64,000 nt of DNA, from NCBI GenBank assembly GCA_023399095.1, contig JAEWQS010000040.1, forward strand, positions 3,225 to 67,224, read 5' to 3'. This stretch comes from Bacillota bacterium. Lineage in GTDB: Bacteria; Bacillota; Clostridia; Christensenellales; SZUA-584. Of the stretch, positions 26,507-34,615 are shown one piece after another. The notes under the pieces were generated by a model that was not told the DNA's origin, did not search any database, and was given only the letters and a program-made list of their open reading frames with translations. The translations under genes and the position numbers were made by a program. How positions within the stretch are numbered: the stretch's first letter is position 1; the number at the start of each line of letters is the position of its first letter.

Positions 26507-27037
26507 ACAATGATACTCATCCAAATGCCACTTGACCGGATTTGTATCAATGTATCGCCATACGTCAAGGTACTCGCGTTCATCACGAATAATACGATCA
26601 TAAAATGATCGCTGCCACAATTTATCGTATTGTGTCTCATGTATATCGTTATATCGTTTGGTCGTAAATGATTTAAACTGCCCTATGACGGTTTGCAGTG
26701 GAATATTTGTGCTATCACCACGTACATTTAGTCATTGCAGTAATACAATCATGTGAACATGGTTGGGCATAATGACGTATTTTGTGACATTTACATTCTC
26801 GCAGTTTTCGTCTATATGCTGTATCGACTTGTTTATCTCATGACCAATTTCAGTCAGAATGATTTGCGGGTTAACAGTGTCATTTAATACATGTGATAAA
26901 ACCGGCATCCTTCCGAATGTACAGATGGTCACAAAATAAGCGCCGTTTTGCGCATAGTCATAATCCGGAATCCGCAGACTTTTTCGACATGGCATCTCTT
27001 TTTGCATGATTCCACTATATGACTTTTTATTGACCAT
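26483..27037 (-). pseudogene. REP-associated tyrosine transposase-like (RAYT / IS200-type HUH Y1) gene interrupted by an in-frame TGA
   Basis: N-terminal part from the track: RIPDYDYAQNGAYFVTICTFGR...YVIMPNHVHMIV (HUH motif). After the TGA at 26732-26734 the same frame continues by hand translation: LNVRGDSTNIPLQTVIGQFKSFTTKRYNDIHETQYDKLWQRSFYDRIIRDEREYLDVWRYIDTNPVKWHLDEYHCNEYTHEP*. This segment carries the catalytic-Tyr-type motif RYIxxNP. Total 184 codons. Confidence 0.8.
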
Positions 27038-27054
27038 CGCAATATATTATTGAC

Positions 27055-27195
27055 GGGAGGGCGTGGAAGCCCTTCCCTACGGTTCGCTGAGATTATTTCT
27101 TACCTGTAGGGGCGGGTCTCCGCGCCCGCCCGTTGCATCGCGGCAATATTCCTCATTCGGGCCGGCATGGAAACCGGCCCCTACGGTTTTTGATG
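27055..27195. repeat. Second REP-like cluster on the other side of the RAYT-like gene
   Basis: A-type 27055-27080 (GGGAGGGC...GCCCTTCCC + CTAC), B-type 27106-27133 (GTAGGGGCGGGTCTCCGCGCCCGCCCGT), A-variant 27159-27184 (GGGCCGG...CCGGCCC + CTAC). Confidence 0.85.
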
Positions 27196-27199
27196 CCAC

Positions 27200-27224
27200 A
27201 AAAAAAGCCCCTGTTACAGAGGCT
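27200..27224 (-). terminator. Rho-independent terminator after csrA
   Basis: Minus strand reads AGCCTCTG-taa-CAGGGGCT followed by TTTTTTTG. Confidence 0.7.
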
Positions 27225-27241
27225 CTCACGTTTAGTTCTAT

Positions 27242-27448
27242 TTATTTTCCAAATGAAATGGCCGGAGTTTTGGATGCGACACGATTGAGGTTAATCGTTT
27301 CTTCGAGCAGCTCATTGCGGTAAATGCGCATTTCCTTGGGGGCGTTTATGCCGATGCGGACGCGGTCACCCTCTATGGCCAGAATTTTGATCTCAACATC
27401 CTGGTCAAGCGTGATCCCCTCACCCGTTTTTCTCGACAGCACCAGCAT
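27242..27448 (-). CDS. csrA: Carbon storage regulator CsrA (flagellar type)
   Basis: 68 aa: MLVLSRKTGEGITLDQDVEIKILAIEGDRVRIGINAPKEMRIYRNEL. Confidence 0.95.
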   Translation of the reverse strand: MLVLSRKTGEGITLDQDVEIKILAIEGDRVRIGINAPKEMRIYRNELLEETINLNRVASKTPAISFGK

Positions 27449-27905
27449 CCTCTTGCCCTCCTTTGTCTGTTCTCTTCATAATGGCTTCATAGATCGGCAA
27501 ACGAACAGGCATGGTTTTGGCATCGATAATGATCTGCTTGCCTATGCCGCGCACCGCATTGATCACGATGGGTGCAGCCAGATTCACCGTCATCTTCTCA
27601 ATCTTCTCTGGTATCACCACCACGTTCATAACGAGCAAGTCATTCTGGCTTTCAACGTTGAGCTCTTCGAGCTCATTGTCTCTTATGTCAATGTAATAGT
27701 CATCCAGTATCTCAAATGTGAGTATCACCGGCAGCGCAATAAACTTATTCTCTGTAGATTGGAGCCAGTATATCGGCTTTGTCTGCCCCACTTCCAGTAT
27801 GATAAAGTAATGTAACTCTTCAAACCCCGGCAGTCCCTGCGGGAATTCGATGAGCTTGCTGTCTTTTGTGTCAAAAGTGCCAAAACGGTCTGTATCAATG
27901 AGCAC
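27420..27905 (-). CDS. fliW: Flagellar assembly factor FliW (CsrA antagonist)
   Basis: 161 aa: IEFPQGLPGFEELHYFIIL.......YWLQS......ALPVI....I..DY...I and NL.APIVIN. Confidence 0.9.
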   Translation of the reverse strand: MLIDTDRFGTFDTKDSKLIEFPQGLPGFEELHYFIILEVGQTKPIYWLQSTENKFIALPVILTFEILDDYYIDIRDNELEELNVESQNDLLVMNVVVIPEKIEKMTVNLAAPIVINAVRGIGKQIIIDAKTMPVRLPIYEAIMKRTDKGGQEDAGAVEKNG

Positions 27906-27930
27906 TGCTTAGTCCTCCTTCATTTCACGG

Positions 27931-28866
27931 CTATTTCAGAAAATTCACCAGCGACGGCTGTATAATATTGCTGCCAATCTGCAGCGACGATTCATAAACA
28001 GCTTGCGCCATCTTGTAATTCATAATGGCTTCCGCCTGGTCAACATCCTCAATTTTAGATTTTCGATCCGTATAAGTCAAAATATCATCTTCAAAACGGC
28101 TTTGTATCAGCTCTAAGCGGTTTACCTTACCGCCAATTTCAGCCGCAATGGAAAGCACGTCATTTTGATTGTTTTGCAGCTTTCCGATAAAACCGGTGAG
28201 CTCATCGCCAGACGCATTGCTTTCAAGCGCATTATATAAGTCATCAAGGACGTTATACAAGTTATTATTGCCAGTACCCATAAGTTCAACACCCGTGGTA
28301 GATACATCCATAGTGATGTTAAACCCAACCGCATAATTGATACTGTCCTGTGCCAGAGCACCCAGATCGACGGCAGCACCTGTTTTTATATCAATTCCGT
28401 TATACTGAATTTGCCCCGGTGCAATTACCTCGAACGGTGCGTTGCTGACATTGTACCCGCCGAAAATGTATTTATCATTCGATTTTGCATTACCGATTGT
28501 CACCACATGATCCCGAAGCTGTTTGACTAGCTGGGCTGCCGCCGATCTTTCCTCAGCGTCCATCGTATCTGTGGACAGACCGACCGCTGTCTCATACGCC
28601 CTTTTAATCACCTCATTGAGCTCAAGCACGGATGACTCCGTCTCATCCAACCAAGTCAAGGCCTTATCCACGTTCTTTTGGTATTGTTCGGATTTATACA
28701 GCTTAACGCGAACTTGCATGCTCGATATCGCGCCAATCGGATCGTCCGATATTTTCGTGATCCTTTTGCCTGACGCCATCTGTTGCTGCATTTTACCCAC
28801 AGACCCAAGATTGCTGCTGATATTCTTAAGGTAATTGCTGAGCAGCATATTATTGGTTACACGCAT
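27931..28866 (-). CDS. flgL: Flagellar hook-associated protein 3, FlgL
   Basis: 311 aa: MRVTNNML.......N....G.....QQMASGKRI.K.SDDPIGA. Confidence 0.85.
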   Translation of the reverse strand: MRVTNNMLLSNYLKNISSNLGSVGKMQQQMASGKRITKISDDPIGAISSMQVRVKLYKSEQYQKNVDKALTWLDETESSVLELNEVIKRAYETAVGLSTDTMDAEERSAAAQLVKQLRDHVVTIGNAKSNDKYIFGGYNVSNAPFEVIAPGQIQYNGIDIKTGAAVDLGALAQDSINYAVGFNITMDVSTTGVELMGTGNNNLYNVLDDLYNALESNASGDELTGFIGKLQNNQNDVLSIAAEIGGKVNRLELIQSRFEDDILTYTDRKSKIEDVDQAEAIMNYKMAQAVYESSLQIGSNIIQPSLVNFLK

Positions 28867-28890
28867 TGTTCACATCTCCTTTTTCCTAAA

Positions 28891-30363
28891 CTATCGTCCC
28901 ACAGTTCCCGTTCTATTAATTAAAACATCGAGCGCTTCATCCAGCGCCGTGAGCACACGCGACGCAGCTGCGTACGCATGCTGATATGTCATCATCTGAA
29001 CCATTTCTTCATCTAAAGACACGCCGGATACCGATTCCTTTCGTGTAGACAGATTATCGACAATAGCAATCTGGCTGTTGCTAAGCGTCTGTGCCTTAGC
29101 GCTCTCAATACCCAGCTCAACAACCACACTGTTTAAGTATTCTTCGAAATTTCCAACATTAGCGAGATCAGTGCGCGAAGAGAGGTCGGCCAATTCAAGT
29201 GCTATTTCGTTGTTGCCTGCCACGGTATCTGTGACTGTCACACCGGATGCGGCAATGTTTCTGACACTGGCCATAACCTGGGCCGAAAGGGCCAGATTTC
29301 CGGCGGTAATGTCGCCGTAGCCTCCTGCCGGTATATTGAAGAAATTAACACCTGTCTGTGAGGGCGTGGCCCCATCCGGTTTGGTGTAGCCTGTGCTGTG
29401 AATGGCGTTAAACTCCTGCGCCATGCTGCGAGCCAGCGTATTCAGTCTATCTAAAATGTATGGTATACCGATGTTGTCGGACGAATTGCCGTCGCGCAGG
29501 TTTTTATAGCCCATCAGTTTGCCGTCGGTATAGTTAAAATCGGTTGTTGTCCCTGCGTCATCGTAAGTGATGTTATAAAAGCCAGTTGTCACATCCACAG
29601 ATGTCTCCAGCAGTGTCGTTGTCGCGTGGTTGATTAGCTCTGTGCCGTTGCATTCTACAGCGAGCCTGCCCTGCGGGTCTACTTCGTATGTAATATCAAT
29701 CAAACCTGACAGTTCGTCTAGCAAAAGATTGCGCTTATCCCGTAAATCATTCGCCTGTTCCCCAGAAAGCTCATAGCCGAAAATCTGCTCATTATAAGTC
29801 GCAATAGCTGTGGTTAGCTCGTTGATTTGGATAACCGTGGCATTCATGTTTTTGTTATACGTGTCCTGCAAATCGGTCAGCTCAGTATAATAATGATGGA
29901 AAGATTCCAGCATTTTGAAGGCGTTTTGCTGTACATTTGTGCGGATTTCATCGTTTACTGAATCTCCCGAAAGCTCGCTCATGCTTTTGAAAAAATCCGC
30001 CATTGATTTGGAAATACCGGTGCTCGAAAGCTCATCCATCACCGTCTCAATATAATCAAGCTCCTCAGCGCGCTTGTTATAGTTGCCCAGCGTCGCATTT
30101 TCATTGCGGAATTTCCTGTCAAGGTATTCACTGCGAACCTGATCGATCATGGTTATCGCCACGCCGCCGCCAATTGTCGACTTGCTGACATTCGATATGC
30201 GTGACAACCCGCTGCTGGGATCAATGCTGTTTTGTATAATCCGCTGGCGCGTGTATCCCACCGTATTGGCATTGGCAATATTGTGGCCTGTCAGGCTAAT
30301 TCCCTGCTGGCTCACATTCAATCCCGATTTTGCAATTTCCAAGCCATAAAATAAACTTGCCAT
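28891..30363 (-). CDS. flgK: Flagellar hook-associated protein 1, FlgK
   Basis: 490 aa: GLEIAKSGLNVSQQGISLTGHNIANANTVGYTRQR; C-terminus GVSLDEEMVQMMTYQHAYAAASRV. Confidence 0.9.
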   Translation of the reverse strand: MASLFYGLEIAKSGLNVSQQGISLTGHNIANANTVGYTRQRIIQNSIDPSSGLSRISNVSKSTIGGGVAITMIDQVRSEYLDRKFRNENATLGNYNKRAEELDYIETVMDELSSTGISKSMADFFKSMSELSGDSVNDEIRTNVQQNAFKMLESFHHYYTELTDLQDTYNKNMNATVIQINELTTAIATYNEQIFGYELSGEQANDLRDKRNLLLDELSGLIDITYEVDPQGRLAVECNGTELINHATTTLLETSVDVTTGFYNITYDDAGTTTDFNYTDGKLMGYKNLRDGNSSDNIGIPYILDRLNTLARSMAQEFNAIHSTGYTKPDGATPSQTGVNFFNIPAGGYGDITAGNLALSAQVMASVRNIAASGVTVTDTVAGNNEIALELADLSSRTDLANVGNFEEYLNSVVVELGIESAKAQTLSNSQIAIVDNLSTRKESVSGVSLDEEMVQMMTYQHAYAAASRVLTALDEALDVLINRTGTVGR

Positions 30364-30374
30364 CTATTTCTTCC

Positions 30375-30887
30375 TCATACTGATTGGTCAATCAGAAAAG
30401 TCGCTTTTTGCTGTTTCTCATTCATTCCGCCGGCATTGGAATATGTGCCGAGCGCACTTACATGCCCTGCCAGCAAATTCACACAGAAACTTGCATATTG
30501 CAGCTGTGTCTCAATGAGCCCCTTATTGGCTTGATTGCTCAATTTAAGCTGCATAATGACATCATTAAGCTCGTCCCGAATACGTTTAAACTCTTCACGC
30601 ATGTCGCTGCTGACAAGTTCAATTATATCTGTTAACCGCATGGTGCTTTTGGGTCTATGGCTTAATACCGCAGCCTTTTCAATCAATGCTTCGCGCTCGG
30701 TTTCAAGCTGTTTGATTCTTTTCAGAACGGTTATTTCATGAGCCACCACAACATCAAGATCAGCGACATTATTATTGAACAATGCCTCTTTCTTGTCGGC
30801 AGCCAGTGCAAGCATCTGCTTATATTCCACCGTCTCCAGCTGAAGAACCGCTTTAAGCGCATTTAACACTCTGATCACTTTACCCAA
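30375..30887 (-). CDS. flgN: FlgN-family flagellar chaperone
   Basis: 170 aa, helical. Occupies the yvyG/flgN position between flgM and flgK. Confidence 0.65.
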   Translation of the reverse strand: MGKVIRVLNALKAVLQLETVEYKQMLALAADKKEALFNNNVADLDVVVAHEITVLKRIKQLETEREALIEKAAVLSHRPKSTMRLTDIIELVSSDMREEFKRIRDELNDVIMQLKLSNQANKGLIETQLQYASFCVNLLAGHVSALGTYSNAGGMNEKQQKATFLIDQSV

Positions 30888-30902
30888 AGCCCCCTATCGG
30901 TC

Positions 30903-31184
30903 TTACTTTCCCAGTATTTTTTCCGCAACTTTATAACCTGGCACTGAGTATGTGTTGTTTCTTATCTGCTCGGCCACGTTGTTCATATGTGCTATTTCTG
31001 TGGGCGTTCTTGTACCCATCAGCTCCTGAGCCGCTTTTAGCGCTGATGAAAACGTTTTGGCACCATCGGTTAACTCCGTCTTGTCTGACATTGGCGCGGC
31101 TTGCTCAGATGTCATTTTTGGCCGAACGACATACTGTCTGAACAAATCACTCGGATTTACTGAATTTACTCTCATATATCTCAC
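30903..31184 (-). CDS. flgM: Anti-sigma-28 factor FlgM
   Basis: 93 aa. C-terminus EIAHMNNVAEQIRNNTYSVPGYKVAEKIL is FlgM-like. The ATG at 31175 is an alternative start. Confidence 0.75.
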   Translation of the reverse strand: MRYMRVNSVNPSDLFRQYVVRPKMTSEQAAPMSDKTELTDGAKTFSSALKAAQELMGTRTPTEIAHMNNVAEQIRNNTYSVPGYKVAEKILGK

Positions 31185-31196
31185 CTCAAATAGAAT

Positions 31197-31628
31197 TTAC
31201 CTGTCACGAAGATTAATATGCATTTTGCCAAGGCCGACCGACTGCTTCGACTTCTGGCCTGATGGCTGCTTCACCCTCTGAGCTGCTTCGTTGATCAACG
31301 CGCCAAACTCTCTTTCCAGTTTCTTTTTACACGATTCGCAATACCGCCCTGTCGTTATCGAACATCCGCAGTCTTCACAATGCAGCACCCCGATGTCTTC
31401 AGAAACCGACAAACGGCCTTCCTTCAAAAAGTAGAATACATCCTTCTCGGGCACACCCGTCTCCTTCGATATTTCAACCACGTTGGCATGTTGATGATCA
31501 TATATATAGTCTTTAACCCGTTCAAAGTTCCGTTCAAGTTCTTCTACACAATTCGGACAGTACGGTGACGTACCTAAGAACTGAAATATGCGTGAACATT
31601 TTTTGCATTGAACAATTTTACCCCCCAT
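31197..31628 (-). CDS. Flagellar operon zinc-ribbon protein (YvyF-like)
   Basis: 143 aa with CKKC...CPNC and CEDCG...CESC pairs. Sits upstream of flgM, as yvyF does in B. subtilis. Confidence 0.7.
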   Translation of the reverse strand: MGGKIVQCKKCSRIFQFLGTSPYCPNCVEELERNFERVKDYIYDHQHANVVEISKETGVPEKDVFYFLKEGRLSVSEDIGVLHCEDCGCSITTGRYCESCKKKLEREFGALINEAAQRVKQPSGQKSKQSVGLGKMHINLRDR

Positions 31629-31643
31629 GATGCTCTCCCTTTT

Positions 31644-32396
31644 TTATCGTAAATTGTAAGCTTTTTCTGTCATATCGTTCCATGCAACAACCGCCCGCGA
31701 AGCAAGCGAAAATGCCCGCTGAGCACGTATAAGAAGCGTCATTTCATTGGTGACATCCACATTAGAAGCTTCAAGAACGCCCTGACGAACAGTGGCGTCC
31801 GATTGGACAGCTGCTCCTGTTGAAGCAGTTTCAATATAACATCCTTCGCCCACAAGCTGCAAGCCGTCCTTATTTGGAAAATCCACTATATTCAGCGCGG
31901 CGATTTCCTGATTGTTGGCAGACAGAACACCGTCTGTGTTAACCGTCAAGTCTGATATATTCTCCGGCAGCTTGATGCGGTTGAGCTCCGTATCCAGCAC
32001 ATAATTGCCCGATGCAGTCACAAGATACGTGCCGTCTGCTTCGTTTGATACCAAGAAGTTGCCGCTGCGCGTATACTGCGGATTCCCGGCGTTGTCGGAT
32101 ACTGTGAAAAACCCATCGCCATCCAGATAGAAATCAAGCACATAGCCTGTCATTTGCGGTGTACCTTGGGTAAAATTGCGTGATGTCGAAGATATCAGCA
32201 CACCACAGCCCTGTTGCAGGTTGGCATCACTTTGAGGGTCTGCAGGATTGATCATTGCTGTATACAGCGCATCCTTAAAATCGGTACGCTGCTGCTTATA
32301 AGCGGTCGTTTGACTGTTGGCAAGATTATTTCCGATTGTATTGACGCGCTGCTGCTGCGCCTGAAGGCCAAGCTTGGCCGTGTATAACGTCTGCAT
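31644..32396 (-). CDS. Flagellar basal-body rod protein (FlgG/FlhP-like)
   Basis: 250 aa: LYTAKLGLQAQQQRVNTIGNNLANSQTTAYK; C-terminus LEASNVDVTNEMTLLIRAQRAF. Confidence 0.85.
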   Translation of the reverse strand: MQTLYTAKLGLQAQQQRVNTIGNNLANSQTTAYKQQRTDFKDALYTAMINPADPQSDANLQQGCGVLISSTSRNFTQGTPQMTGYVLDFYLDGDGFFTVSDNAGNPQYTRSGNFLVSNEADGTYLVTASGNYVLDTELNRIKLPENISDLTVNTDGVLSANNQEIAALNIVDFPNKDGLQLVGEGCYIETASTGAAVQSDATVRQGVLEASNVDVTNEMTLLIRAQRAFSLASRAVVAWNDMTEKAYNLR

Positions 32397-32399
32397 CGT

Positions 32400-33149
32400 T
32401 TAAACCCTTCCTACTTCGTTGACCGTTTTTTCAAGAGATTGATCCATCATAGTAAGCACACGCTGGTTGAAGCTGAATGCGCGTGTCACCTCCATCATTT
32501 TGACCAGTTCTTCCGCCGTATCCACGTTGGACGTTTCAAGGAAACCCTGCTTCACCTGTATATCGGCAGGCGTTCTTGCCGGCTGATTCGTCGTATACAG
32601 ATTATCGGCGTTTTTGCGAAGACCTGTAAGGTCATCAAAGGTGGCAAGGGAAACTCTATTGACCGTTTGTCCATCCACGATCACATAGCCTTGTGAATCG
32701 ATCGCAAACTCGCCGTCTCCCACGCGGATGTGTCCATTCTCGCCGGCCAGATAATATCCGTCGCTTGTCACAAGATCACCATCCGCATTGACAAAGAAAT
32801 TGCCGTCACGCGTGTACATATTACCTTCTGGTGTATCAATGACAAAAAAGCCCGTGCCTTCCAGTGCCAAATCAGAAAGCCGTGCTGTTTGATCAAAACC
32901 GCTCTGACTGAAGTCCGTCACGACCTCATCAATATGAACGCCGTCGTTTTGGTATCCAAGCTTGTTGGAAATGCTCATCACGTACGGGTCATTAAGACGC
33001 TGGACCAGCACATCCGAAAACGAACGCGAAATCAGCTTTTCTTTCTTGTAACCCGTTGTGTCCACATTGGTCAGATTGTTTGTCAGGACATCCAGCTTGT
33101 CAGCCTGGGTTGCCATTGCCGTTCCGGCAATATAGAAGCTGCGAATCAT
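32400..33149 (-). CDS. Flagellar basal-body rod protein (FlgF/FlgG/FlhO-like)
   Basis: 249 aa: DVLTNNLTNVDTTGYKKE; C-terminus LETSNVDTAEELVKMMEVTRAF. Confidence 0.85.
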   Translation of the reverse strand: MIRSFYIAGTAMATQADKLDVLTNNLTNVDTTGYKKEKLISRSFSDVLVQRLNDPYVMSISNKLGYQNDGVHIDEVVTDFSQSGFDQTARLSDLALEGTGFFVIDTPEGNMYTRDGNFFVNADGDLVTSDGYYLAGENGHIRVGDGEFAIDSQGYVIVDGQTVNRVSLATFDDLTGLRKNADNLYTTNQPARTPADIQVKQGFLETSNVDTAEELVKMMEVTRAFSFNQRVLTMMDQSLEKTVNEVGRV

Positions 33150-33180
33150 AAGGCCACCTCATAGTATTCTTCATACTATT

Positions 33181-33208
33181 GTATCGGCATAATAGGCAGA
33201 CCACTTTA
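33181..33208 (-). promoter_or_regulatory. Sigma-28-type promoter upstream of the rod genes
   Basis: Minus strand reads TAAA (33208-33205), 16-nt spacer, GCCGATAC (33188-33181). RBS GAGGTGG and the ATG at 33149 follow. Confidence 0.55.
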
Positions 33209-33213
33209 GTCCT

Positions 33214-33813
33214 TTATTGTACTTCTTCTGTATTTCGTATTTTTAACGCGAGCGTGACTTCCCTCACAGAGATGCCAAGCCGCCTCGCAATTTCATTCTG
33301 CGCCATGCCGCGTGCATAAAGCTCTGACACTTTATTGCTTGTTGTTGAACTCTTTCTCACTGCCGCCTGGCGGAGCGGCACAGACTGTGGCGCAGCAGGC
33401 GTTGCTTTCAAAGCATGAATGCTTTGTGCAAGCTCTGATTGAGACGAAGTCTCTTCCTTTATGTCAGCCTTTTGTGGAGTCTCAGAGGCCACCGGATTTT
33501 TGACGCTGATTGGTATGCTGCTTTGCGCAGCCTTTAGCTGGGCAGCGAGGCTTCTTGTTTCCTGCAGCATGTCCTGCATTTTTGCCAAGCTTTGATTCGC
33601 TTCCCCCTTTGCTTCTTCCACATATTCCTCAAAGCTGCTCAGCATATCCTCCACGTTCTGATAGAGAGTAAACAGCTTCTGTTCCTTCTCATAGCTTGTG
33701 TGCTGCTCGCCGTCGCCCTTTTTACTTTTCTTAAGCAATCTGCCAAGCAGCCAGATAGCGGCACACACCAGTAAAAACACATACGCCGCAAATACATAGT
33801 AATCTAAAATCAT
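33214..33813 (-). CDS. Membrane-anchored protein with a C-terminal helix-turn-helix, encoded directly after sigD
   Basis: 199 aa. N-terminal TM helix (YVFAAYVFLLVCAAIWLLG), coiled-coil middle, S/T/A/Q-rich linker, then a C-terminal HTH-like segment VSELYARGMAQNEIARRLGISVREVTLAL. Confidence 0.5.
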   Translation of the reverse strand: MILDYYVFAAYVFLLVCAAIWLLGRLLKKSKKGDGEQHTSYEKEQKLFTLYQNVEDMLSSFEEYVEEAKGEANQSLAKMQDMLQETRSLAAQLKAAQSSIPISVKNPVASETPQKADIKEETSSQSELAQSIHALKATPAAPQSVPLRQAAVRKSSTTSNKVSELYARGMAQNEIARRLGISVREVTLALKIRNTEEVQ

Positions 33814-33840
33814 ATACTTTTCTCCATCAAAAACGATTCG

Positions 33841-34611
33841 TCAGCCGCGTGCTCTTGCAGGCTCATACATACCAACAAACTGCATTTTTGTTCTTATTTT
33901 CATCACCGCTTTAGAGTGTATCTGCGAAACCCTTGATTCTGATACGCCGAGCACACTCGCCACTTCTTTAAGCGTCATCTCTTCATAGTAATAGAGCGTT
34001 ATCACGATTCTTTCTTTTTCAGGGAGACTGTCGATTAGGTTGCCAAGAATCTCGACCATCTCTTTGTTCTCGATCTTTTCCTCTAAAGACTCGATCCCCG
34101 TTTGTATGCCCTGCTCCCAGACATCATTTTGAACCATTTCTTCAAAATGAATGATGTTGAACATCTGCGATTTACCAAGAGCATCCTGCATCTCTTCTTC
34201 ACCCATTTCCAGATGATCCGCCACTTCTTTATCTGAAGGTTCACGGCATAAACTGTTTTCCAGTTCATAATAGGCATTGCTGATGGCTTTTATTTTGCGT
34301 CTCAAACTGGACGGCGCCCAATCCTGCTTGCGTATGCTGTCAATAATCTCGCCCTTAATACGCATCGCCGCATAATACTCGAACTTCACATCCCTGTTCA
34401 GGTCATATTTTTCAATGGCATCCATGAGCCCTAAGATACCGCAGCTTAACATGTCATCGTAGTTGCTGTACGCTTTATATGTGGGCATAAGACGAAGCAC
34501 TATGCTCTTGACCTGCGGCAGATAGTGCAGAACCAACTCATTTTTCAGTTCAACGGTTTTTTCTTTGGCATATCTAGCCCAAATGTGACGTACATCCTCG
34601 CCTACGTTCAT
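33841..34611 (-). CDS. sigD: Flagellar sigma factor, FliA/SigD (sigma-28) family
   Basis: The ATG at 34611 (after GGGGAAGTG, 4 nt past the PilZ stop) is preferred to the TTG at 34647. Region 2 YDDMLSCGILGLMDAIEKYD; region 4 LTLKEVASVLGVSESRVSQIH. Confidence 0.9.
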   Translation of the reverse strand: MNVGEDVRHIWARYAKEKTVELKNELVLHYLPQVKSIVLRLMPTYKAYSNYDDMLSCGILGLMDAIEKYDLNRDVKFEYYAAMRIKGEIIDSIRKQDWAPSSLRRKIKAISNAYYELENSLCREPSDKEVADHLEMGEEEMQDALGKSQMFNIIHFEEMVQNDVWEQGIQTGIESLEEKIENKEMVEILGNLIDSLPEKERIVITLYYYEEMTLKEVASVLGVSESRVSQIHSKAVMKIRTKMQFVGMYEPARARG

Positions 34612-34615
34612 TTTT

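Noticed and set aside
26097-26640. Track ORFs 26097-26441(-), 26116-26349(+) and 26335-26640(-), with peptides such as NRRGGPPYPPA and GRGDPPLQ
   Set aside because: They are translations of the GC-rich REP-like hairpins, or of the out-of-frame 3' part of the RAYT-like gene. They have no RBS, and their repetitive amino-acid strings simply mirror the DNA repeats.
26732-26734. Selenocysteine or reassigned TGA in the RAYT-like gene
   Set aside because: I saw no obvious SECIS-like hairpin immediately downstream. TGA is used as a genuine stop elsewhere in the window. Cysteine or selenocysteine is not expected at this position of HUH transposases. The observation is kept only as a nonsense or read-through question under findings.
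26130-27195. Possible CRISPR array
   Set aside because: The units are degenerate, occur in both orientations, and abut one another without unique spacers of uniform length. No cas genes or leader are present. The GTAG-plus-palindrome structure fits REPs instead.
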